DNA of 37,957 nucleotides from Anthoceros angustus (Eukaryota; Plantae; Anthocerotophyta): the NCBI GenBank assembly GCA_010909165.1, contig VJWM01000363.1, positions 1 through 37,957 of the forward strand, in the 5' to 3' direction. This document shows, in pieces, positions 24,810 through 35,089 of this stretch. Position numbers and translations under genes: made by a program. The notes under the pieces were generated by a model. It saw nothing but the letters and a program-made list of their open reading frames with translations, did not search any database and was not told where the DNA came from. Numbering within the stretch: position 1 is the first letter of the stretch; every line of letters begins with the position of its first letter.

Positions 24810-27412
24810 GTCCATGTGGTCAACAACTGAAGGTGGCCCATTTCTGCAACAGCAGTGCGTAGCCCCCAATTGCCCACCAGCTGCAACAAAGCTCCGAGCC
24901 CAAGCATTATGCAAGGCAGCCGCTCGACGGTCAATTGGCGGCTCAGGTCGCTCATGTCCTTCAGCCTCCTGCGAATCCTCCACTTCGTCGGGTGGAGAAA
25001 GGGCTGAGCGTTGCAGGTCGACTCTGGCAAACTTCCACCTTCGTCTTCGCCTCCAGATGACCAGACTGCATTGCCATTTGCCACGAGTCAGCGTCGAAAT
25101 CGGTGACAGATTCTCCCATGTGATCCAACCAAGGTTGCTTCGATTCCAACACTGAAAGGCACCTCAGCATCACCCAACAGGCAAGCAGCCGACAGAACAA
25201 TCAGGGAGTAGGAATGTAGTGGAGCATGCCCGGTTACATTCACTCCATGCTGGATGCACTCACATTCCCCTCCACCTGGCCCATGCGACCACAAGTTCAG
25301 CATTGACGAACACCACAATAGAGTTATGGGCATGGCTTGCATACTCCCTGTGAGAACAGCCTTGTAGAATCCCCACCTACCTTACATCTGGGCTTTCTGG
25401 ATTGGCCAATCGCTTGGAAGGAGACGGGATCGCGTGGTCTTCAGTGTGCGCGTGGGGAACTCCATGTCGATTGTATCCCCTCCACTGCGTGCAAGTCGGT
25501 GGCTGAGATGGGATGTTGAATTCCTCAAGGCCGCCACGTGCCGCGTTCACAGCCATTCCCCTCATGTTTCCGACCACCATCAGTCACTAAGTGCGCCAAC
25601 CATGTCTGACTTACCGCATAATAGGGTCAGAAGTATGGAAGGAGTATCGGGGTTACGGACGACAGACCATCCGGATGCACTAGACTGGTTTCTTCGCCAC
25701 GTTGTAGAAATGACTTGCACCAAGGAAAATTGGTCCATGGTAGAAGCCATCCAGTACTCCTCATCGGCGGTGGTGCGCAGATCTACCGAGAAGATTTGAG
25801 TGCACTTCTGATGACATGTGATAAATGATCTGCCCTTTCAAATAACCCTGCACAAAACCCCATGCAGCCCGCCTTCCTGCATGCAGACGGCGCGAGCGGT
25901 GGTCAAGAACATGCCATATTGAGCGGTGGCATTTATCTCTTGTTACACTTCAAGTAATCTCTTCTTATGACATAACGGGTGCTGTTCGTTACAGCCACGC
26001 ACGTTAAAGTTTCCATTGCTGGATATTTATGAATTTTCTATTTTAGTTTCATTCGATTTAGCCACACATTTTCACAACTCATATAACATATACTTTGCGA
26101 GGGAGGCAAATGCCTTCAACTGAATCGGTGTCAATGCAAAACAGGTCACCGGCAACAATGGTCTGCAAGCTCAGCATGATGGCATTCATCGCCAAGCACC
26201 CAGAACAAATCTACATTATGCAAAGCAACTTCTTGTCCCAAATTGGATCCAAATCACAGGCATGTATGGACAATTCTTTGCTTGCCAACCTCAAAGCTCC
26301 TATGAATTCTGTTGTTTCTTCGAACCGGTGTGCATGACGAGGAAGTGTGTTTCGATTCTATAGAGGGACGGCTCCGGAAACCTCAGCTTCCCACAACCCG
26401 AACAGTACTCGCCAATGTCGTCTGCCTCCGTCCCTGTATGAATACATTTAGCCTCCATTTGACCCTTGAATTCCCAGTCTTCGGTTACTCCCATTCGCAT
26501 ATGGGCCTCATTGTCAACTCCTGCACCTCCCATGGACATGTGTGCTGCCTCCTCCACACAGGCCTCCAAGGAGGTGGTTCTGGCATCTTCATGCCCCAAC
26601 CGTTGAGGACCAAACACCTGCGACTGCCGACGGTCCTTCACCCCGGCGGCACATCGCCCTGCTTTCACTCTGTCCGAGTGAACCCTCATGGAGGGCACAG
26701 CCTTTGTTCCGCGCTCTGGGTCATTGCGCAATCCGCTTGAGGGTCGTTTCGTCTGCTTCCGGAGAGCCATGTAAGGTTTGAGAGGCAGGCGTCTTGCACA
26801 AATGCGGTAATGACTGAGGTTCACGCCTAGGAATATCTCGGAGTTGCGCGTTAGGGACATACCCGTGATCCAAGCATGACACTGCAACGAATACCGTTTC
26901 ATGCCACGTTACAATAAGCGTAACTCGGTACTGCCTACCATGTGTGGTGTCACATTCCTTTCACGGCCCGGCGTGCCTCCGATAACTTTGAAGAACGCGT
27001 GCCAGCCAGGCATCATGATGACTCAAGTGCGTAGAAAGCGACTGTCTAGGCATTCAATATGTCATTCATCTGCCCATTTTGCAGCCATATATATAGCATG
27101 ACATATATGGGCAGCGAACCCATGAACCAAGGAACTTCCTCTCATGCCATCACCATGTCCCCACGACATGGTTTGTGGTGAATACCATGGTCCAAGGAAC
27201 AAGGTACATACACAAATGCATTATTTCTGCTCTATGGATCCGTGTATCATGGCATCCCCATGTTCCAAGGAGCATGGTATGTGCGGAATATCATGGTACA
27301 AGGACATGGTATCTTGTTGGAAAAAGACCATGTTCCGAGGATAGCGGCTTTCCTCAATCATGGTATATAGCCTTGTATGACAGGAACATAAAAATGGAAA
27401 GCGGCGTCCTCT
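24810..27412 (-). repeat. Dispersed repeat copy B (inverted relative to copy A at 2690-4655), longer and less deleted
   Basis: Reverse-complement homology to 2690-4655, including the CCATG array at ~27115-27370. Confidence 0.9.
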
Positions 27413-28259
27413 CGACAGACTAATCTGCCTCTGAAGAGACGGGACACCAAGGTGCTAAGGAAGAGATGCGATGCGGTGCTGAATGCCTTTAGCGCCCACC
27501 CTGCCCATCCATCCATACCGTCTTGTGTGTGACTGCCAATCGCTTGTGCCACCCAACTACCCAGTACACCCAGATACCATCCAGGCATGGCAGGCTGCAG
27601 AGGCAAACGACTTCTACAACATGACAGTGTACTGGAAGGAGCGGGTGAAGGAAACGGAGGACAGAGAGGACAGACTGGCACGCGAAGTGGAGCACCTGAA
27701 GAAGAGAATAACTGCAAGCGCGGACTCGCACTCCCGACAAGGTGGAAGGCAGCATAAAACTGATGAAGACGGGGGAAGAAGGGGGAGACGAGGTGATTGT
27801 TCCCTCAAACTTCAAGCCCAATAACTACAAGCTGCCTATTGGTGACCTATACAGGACTAAGAGGCTGGTGTCTGACGGAAATGGGGTAGACAACCCTCAG
27901 ACCCTTGAAGTCTACTATTGCTCTTCAACAGGGATCACCATGGTTGGAGACAGATGGTATAGATGGGGCGGACATGGTGGGAATTTCATTTCGTTCTACG
28001 GTAAGGACCTCCTGCACATCTGATTTAGCTCCCACTATTTCTGTGGTTTGAGAAGTGCTAGGACTAGCCCCGACCATAACACATGTATGCGTGTCTCGAG
28101 AGGAGGATGTACAAAGAGTCCGGCATGGACCGGAGCCACATGGACAAGAATGAAGAAATGCAGTCCAAGAAGAGCTTAGGCAAAAACATAAGCAACCACT
28201 CACCCATCAAGCTCCAACGAGGACGATAGCGACTAGCCCTCTAGGAACAGACTATGCTT

Positions 28260-30045
28260 TCATATGCTGAACTTATCCTTCTCAGACCGATCACTGACAT
28301 GGTTATGTGACCGACTCTAAGACTCCAAGTGACTCTTGAACCGGAAATGTTTTGCTCGCTAAGGACTTGGTGAGAATATGCTACATTTGCATCTGGGATA
28401 TATTCAAGCTTGATTGACTGAGCTAGCGTCCACGATAAAATGATGATGCACCTCGATGTGCTTGGTCCTCGCATGAAAAGCAGGATTATGTGCCAAAGCC
28501 GGTCTTGGTGATTGTCATGATGAATAGTTGTGGGTTCACGTTGAGCTTGGCCCACATCTTCAAGTAGCCTCCTTAGCCAAATTGCTTCCTTGGCTTGTGT
28601 TAATGAATATTCAGCTTTTGTTGGCAATGACACGATGGATTGTTTCTTGAGGACCGGGTAGCTCCACCGGCTAACAAGCCCCCGATAAAATGATGATGCA
28701 CCTCGATGTGCTTGGTCCTCGCATGAAAAACAGGATTATGTGCCAAAGCCAACGAGATTGTCGCAGAGATAGTTGTGGGTTCACGTTGAGCTTGGCCCAC
28801 ATCTTCAAGTAGCCTCCTTAGCCAAATTGCTTCCTTGGTCTGCTTGTGTTAATGCTGAATATTCAGCTTGCTGACGCATGACACATGGATTGTTTCTTCG
28901 AGGACCTAACACGCACCGGCCAACAAGAAGGCGAGGCCGACATGCATTTCGCATCGGTATCTGCGCCCACCGCATCGCAATACCCTATCAAGGTGAGCAT
29001 GTCCTCATCACGTGACTGTCTAGAGTAGTGGATTCCATGATTGCTAGTGCCCTTCAAATACCTAAGGATACGCTTAGTGGCTGACCAATGTGGCCTACTA
29101 GGATCCTTCAGGAACTGCGAAACTGTACTTACAGCGAAGGAAACATCAGGCCTGGTATGGTTCGAACAAAAGATTAGAGAACCTATTGCCTGTGCATAGG
29201 GAACTAAGGACATCTCATCACGCCTCGCATCAAGATGGGGATTGGGACTTGCTCAACTTACAACCCGCTTCTAAAGGAGTAAGAGCTAGCTTAGCGCTAG
29301 CTTATACTTATACAAAGATATCATAGATATATTTCATGGTGAATCACTAATGTGCCCGGCGCGCCATCCCGCAGGAGTTGAGTTCCAAGACAATTAAGCT
29401 CACCAATGTCCACCATATCAAAACGACAGAGAGAGTCTTAACCTTCTTTATGCTAAGATCAGTTCTATATACAAATCGTCGACATATAAGGCCGTAATAA
29501 CATAGCTCGCCTCATTTGGTAAACATTGGTGTCTCGCTAGGCTTTTGACGAAGCCAAACTCAAGAAACTCATCTATGCAGTAAATACCAAGCTCTAGGGC
29601 TTTGTTTCAGCAGATATGGTCTTGAGCAGCTTAAACATGGTCTTTGCCTTTTAGCTCAAACCCTTCTGCACTGCATGTAAATCTCTCCTCTAATCGACCA
29701 TGGAGAAAGGCCTTAACATCCATTTGATGGATGAATAGTTTGAAGAAGGCCGATATAGCAAAGAGAACCCCGAGCAACCGGGACTTGGGAAAAGGTGTCA
29801 TGGTAATCCAGCCTGTGAACCCGAGAAAAACCACGAGCTACTAACCTAGCCTTGTACTGAAATGCTGCCATCCGCCTTGTATTTCAACTTAAAGACCCAT
29901 TTAGAGGTGACAATTTTCCTCCTGAGGCGGAGGCGACTTCTGTATGGTTTTGTATCGTCGTGTATCTGGGACTTACGTAATGGCTTGCTCCCACTGCCTA
30001 GACTCTGGCCCACTAAGAGCATCTTTGTAGGACTGAGGTTCATAC
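28260..30045 (-). mobile_element. Ty1/Copia remnant: RT and RNase H only, truncated on its 5' side by another LTR
   Basis: Minus strand EPQSYKDALSGPESRQWEQAI, RKIVTSKWVFKLKYKADG, FIHQMDVK, ITALYVDDL, VPYAQAIGSL...TRPDVSFAVS...HWSATKRILRYLKGT, LIGYCDA, AKEAIWLRRLLEDVG, HNPVFHARTKHIEV. Confidence 0.92.
28433..28868. repeat. Tandem duplication (~185 bp homologous, period 250) of the Copia RNase H segment
   Basis: CGATAAAATGATGATGCACCTCGATGTGCTTGGTCCTCGCATGAAAA and GTTGTGGGTTCACGTTGAGCTTGGCCCACATCTTCAAGTAGCCTCCTTAGCCAAATTGCTTCCTTGG each occur twice, in copies starting at ~28433 and ~28683. Confidence 0.92.
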
Positions 30046-30053
30046 CCAGGGTT

Positions 30054-30260
30054 TGTGTAGATATATATATATAACCTAATACTCGCTTTAGTACTAATAA
30101 CATATATACGTTAGGGTTATGAAAGGTCATTTAGTGAAGCGACATTATGGCCAATTGTAAGAAGTAGTTTAGACAAACATTTTTGTATTGTACATTATCT
30201 TATCAATCTGAGTTTCTGCTTTCTAGTCTTCAACTCGTTACTTCACATGGTATCAGAGCC
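30054..30260 (+). repeat. 5' LTR (~194 bp, TGTG...CACA) plus canonical tRNAiMet PBS TGGTATCAGAGCC (30248-30260)
   Basis: The PBS is an exact match directly after CACA. The LTR is AT-rich with a TATA-like (TA)n run, and it interrupts the minus-strand Copia at ~30045. Confidence 0.75.
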
Positions 30261-31439
30261 ATGCTCTGCATCTTGTGCAACAACCTGAAATATGCCGAGG
30301 CAAGGTGGCAATCGAGAGGCTCACATCTAGGTGGATCCTCTAGCTCATCATCTAGAAGGATGTCCACCACACATATCACCCTGCCGTAGACACGGTGCTT
30401 GACCTCTGAGCAAAACTACCTCGCCTCGCTACAAAGATGCCCGCAACGCCGCATACATCTTCCTCGGATATTGACAGAAATCAGAAACCGGCTCTATCGA
30501 GACGTTGCCAGGAGAGGACAACCCCACCAGGCTCACACTTCAAGCCACCTCCCCCAGACATTTGTCTGGACCAAATAACAGCCTTGGATCTCCAGAAGAC
30601 AAAGGGCCACGCGACAATCTGCAGCAAGACACCACAACACAGAATCTAATGCCCACACTGGATTGAGGATCACTGCTGACAAATCACAAGCGATACTTAT
30701 CCGTGTGGAAAAAGTTCTGTCCCTTGTGCTGTCAAACCAGGTGTTTCTCAAGAACAGAGTTTGCAGCCTGGATTCTGAGACAGAGCGAGCAATTCTGATC
30801 TGCAAAGACGAGCTCCAACAGGATATCAGCCACATTACTGATCTCCTTCAACACATGGACCTCAAATTGCAGAATCTTAAACAGAGTAGCTTGCCTGATG
30901 GATCAGATTCCAGCGCCCATGTCCTGTGAAGCCTTCCGCTGCTCCAAAGTGGAGACATCCAGGCGCAGGAGGAATTCCTGCCCCTGATCTGAATCTGTGC
31001 ATTATTCATTGCACCTCTTTGATGAATCTGCCTGCACACAACCACATTGGTCCACCTGTAGGTGTCACTTCACAGGATTGGGACATGTCGGTTGATTTGA
31101 CCTAACTGAAACGTCATAAAAAAAAATGAAAAGGCATTATTTTTAGGGTTTGCCCACAGTGGGCAACCGTTCATAATAGCGAGGAAGGAAAGTTGAGGAG
31201 TTCAAAGACGAGCAGGCATAGGGCTACTACCCTCCTCTTGGCCGACCTCCCCAAAGATCCCTCGCATATTATGATCATTTAATTACGTATAAATATATGA
31301 TGCATGAACACTTACTGCACCGTTAGAGCCATAGCTCTTATAGTCCTGCTCTAAGTGTTCATGTCCACCGCAAGACATTTGAACGCACTCATTAACAATT
31401 TTCAGCAACTTACTTTACACCAATCCACTCACCTTCACC

Positions 31440-34400
31440 ATGGCAAGATCAAGATCCATGCCTTCCTTTACCTCGTAACTTAAAGAGAAAGATAGGTTTA
31501 AAGGATGTGGCTACTCAATATGGAGAGTCCGCATGAGGAGCATGCTTGTTGCTCGTGGTGTTTGGGCTGTGGATGGAACTTGCAAGAAACCCAAACATTT
31601 AATCCTCCGCCACCGATGACATTGCCAAGTGGGATATTCTCAATGGCATTGCCATGGCTCTTATCGGAGGCTTAGACGACCTTGTTCCCGAGGTAATTCT
31701 TCACCGCACTGAGATCCGGAACCAGCCTTGAAAAGACATACCAAGTTCGTAACATGATGACTCTCTACAAGAGTTCTATGCACTTAAAATGAGAGAAGGT
31801 GACAAGGTGGCAGCTCATACCAGCAGATTATCATGGCACAATCCATGACCGGAGACAAAATGTCCAAGTTGATGTTTGTTCCCCGCCTTCCGTCTCTTAT
31901 CAAGCATTTGTTACAAGCCAAACGGACCCATTCGGGCAGCACATCCGCGACTTCCTCTGTCAACTCGTGACCATCACTCTAGAAGAAGTGATTGGTGCAT
32001 TGTTCCAGGAGGAGCAAAGCCGCGCATTCTCTGCTGGTGTTCCTAAGAGCAAAGCGGAGAAGGTGTTAGCCGCGAATTTCCGTCCTTCTACTGGCAAGAA
32101 CAAATTCAGAGGGGGACATAACACCTTTCGACAACAGAAAGGCGAATCTTCCAACACCAAACGGCCGGTTCCTGCAACTGGTGTGGGACCCCTGGCCACT
32201 GGGCAAGAGAATGCCGAAAGAGAAAGGCAGGTGAGCCTCAGAAGCAACCTAAACCTGCTGCGAACGTGGCAGTTAAGGACAAGTCAAGCGATTCCAAGGC
32301 ATCTGTGAGGATCCTTACCATCTGCTTGTCAAGCTCTTTGCAAGATGAAGGCTGCTGGTACCTTGATTCTGGCGCCACCACCCACATTTGCAGAGACAGG
32401 AAGTTGTTTACTTCCCTCAACCTTGTTCATGTCCATGACAAGGTTCTTCTTGGTGATGAACAGTCCAAGACAAGTCTGCAGATAGAAGGTCGAGGAACAT
32501 GTGTGTTTATGCTGCATGATCACACACACCTCGTGTTAGAAGATGTTCTCTTCGTACCAAGCATGGCCAAGAACCTCATGTCGCTGAGTCGCCATGAGAT
32601 CACGACCTTCAATGCATGCCAGACTTTTACGTAAAAGAGTCTCCTGATAGGTGTGTCTTCAAAGGCATTTTAGACAATGACCTGTACAAATTAGACATAA
32701 CGTGTAACAAGCAGCCTGTCCAGCATGCTGCCCATTCAACAGGGACTAGGTCACCTAGTCTCCATCAAGAGGCCATGCTGTGGCATGCTCGCTTGGGGCA
32801 TGTCAATCGCTCCAAGCTGATAGACATGTCTATCACAGAATGCCATCGTGAGCCCCTTCCCAAGTGTTTCAAAGATCCGTGTGAGTCTTGTATTGGTAGG
32901 CGCAGCTGCCCCTTTCCTACGCCCAGCACATAGGGCATCACAAGTCCTTGGTTTAGTTCATGCCGACATCTCAGGGAAAATCCAGGAACCATCCCTAGGA
33001 GGTTCTCAATACTTTTTCACCTTGACAGATGATTATAGTAGATATACCTGGACATTCCCGATGCAGCTGAAGAGTGACACACTCTCTTTTTTCAAAGATC
33101 GGTTATCAGACAGAGACAACCGCATCTTCAAGGTGCTCGAATCATAACGGACAAAAATTTGTGAACCAAGCCTTCGACGACTTGCTGCAAGAACATGGAG
33201 TTCTACGCCAACTCATCGTCTCTACACGCCACAACAAAATGTCGAACGAAAAATCAAACTTCTCGCTATGACTAAGCATGCTCAGTGGATTACCTCAAGG
33301 TTATTAAGAGGCCATTACATCGCAACGACATCCGAATGTGCCGATGACTGTCCCACATAAGACTCCTTACGAGGTTTTCTGGTCTCGCAAGCCAAGCCTG
33401 CTACATTTGAAGGTCTTTGGATCTCGAGCCTTTGCACACATCCCCACTGAAAAAGGAAGAAGCTTGATCCTCGAGCGCAGGTCTTTCTTTTTGTTGGGTA
33501 CAGTGAAATAGAAAAAGCGTATAAGCTGGTCAACACAGATATTGGGTCCATTGTGCTCGCACGCAGTGTGACCTTCCTTGAACCCGCAGTTCCAGCATCT
33601 ATTATTGACAGCAACAGCTTACCCCAGATTTCTTTAGATGTGGATGCCCTTGCAGCCTCAGATCTTGATGCCTGTGATTATCCTCTGGACGACATGGAGC
33701 CAGCTGTTCTTTTGCCTGATCACACTTGATCCAAACGCGCCGCCCACCCCTTTCAACCCCAATTAGGACATCGACCCCTTTTACCCAACGACGAGGGGCC
33801 TTTCTAGATGAGGGGTGCCTAACTGGTGCAAGCAGATGTCCGCTGGCTGCCGATCCGCCTGGTCCCGACCTTGAACCCGATGTCCCACCCTAGATGAGCT
33901 CGCACGCACCCGACCAAGAGCGGAGGTCTCGCGCCGGCCACCACCTGTAATGGGATGAACCCCGCTATCTCAGGGATTTTAGAACACACCTTGCCTGTGC
34001 CTCGCTACGAGCACCGCTTCTTCCCGATGAGAGCCTACTAGTTTCCCAAGCCTTCCATGGCCCTGAACATGTGCAGTGGAAGGCAGCAGTGGAGGATGAA
34101 TATCAGTCTCTTGTGAAGAACCACACCTGGATTCTTGCTGACCTTCCACCAGGCCGCAAGGCCATATCCTGCAAGTGGGTGTTCAAACTCAAGCTGAATG
34201 CAAAAGGGGAAGTTGCCCGTTTTAAAGCTCGACTTGTGGCTAGAGGGTTCACGCAAGTGGAGGGGCTCGACTACTTGGAGACATTCTCACCTGTAGTTCG
34301 CAGTCAATCCATCCGGTTTATACTTGCCTATGCCACAGAATTTGATCTCGATCTTCAGCAGATGGACGTGTGCACGGCTTTTCTGTATGGAGCTCTTGAT

Positions 34401-34890
34401 GAAGAATTATATATGCTCCAGCCTGAGGCCTATGAGGATTCTGCACATCCCCACAAGGTGTTAAAACTCTTGAAATGCATATATGGTTTGAAACAAAGGA
34501 GAGTGTGTATATCACCATGCATCTCAGATCTACTCAAAGATAGATTTTGTTCGTAACACACCAATGTTTATAAGCTTTCCAAGGATCCTCTATTGTGCTT
34601 GGCTCAGACGTGGACGATTATCCTTGCCACAAACGATCAAGCATCGTTGTCAATAGTCAGCGAAACTTAACGACAAGTTTGACATGAAAGATATTGGCGA
34701 ACTAAAGTTTTGTTTGGGTATAAGCCACGAGTGGAAGCAGCGATGTTCATACACCATTACAAGTATATAAACGAGATACTTAAGAAGTTCAATCTCGATC
34801 ACACGGCACACTACACCTATGCAATCGAACCAAGCTAACACTTTCCAAAGGCCCATGTACATCGGATCCTACTAGAAATGTCACTTATAC
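31440..34890 (+). mobile_element. Ty1/Copia gag-pol remnant (gag, zinc knuckle, protease, integrase, RT), truncated before RNase H
   Basis: YSIWRVRMRSML, CNWCGTPGHWAREC (32173-32214), CWYLDSGATTHIC, LWHARLGHVN, LVHADISG...GGSQYFFTLTDDYSRYTW, WKAAVEDEYQSLVKNHTW...FKARLVARGFTQVEGLDYLETFSPVV...QQMDVCTAFLYG. Confidence 0.95.
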
Positions 34891-34894
34891 ATAC

Positions 34895-35089
34895 TGTTGT
34901 TGCAATTTTATGTTACACTTCTAACTTGCAACATCATTTGAGAGGCTTGGTATTAAGTTTGTCATTTCTTTCCCGAGTGGGCTCTCCAATCTTAACAGAA
35001 CTTGCCTCTCCTACCACTTCACCCTCTTAACTACATCCCTCTCATACGCATTGTTTAGGAATTCTCATGCAATTGTAACATGACTAACA
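34895..35089. repeat. Probable LTR (195 bp, TGTT...AACA) of a further element that cuts the Copia RT
   Basis: Inverted termini TGTT/AACA. On the minus strand a purine tract AAGAGGGG lies 4 nt before the TGTTAG start. No second copy in the window, so orientation is unresolved. Confidence 0.45.

Noticed and set aside
26165-26210. Minus-strand VLGDECHHA resembling a DExH helicase motif II
   Set aside because: The homologous copy A reads VLGDSNHA, and no Walker A or other helicase motif is nearby.
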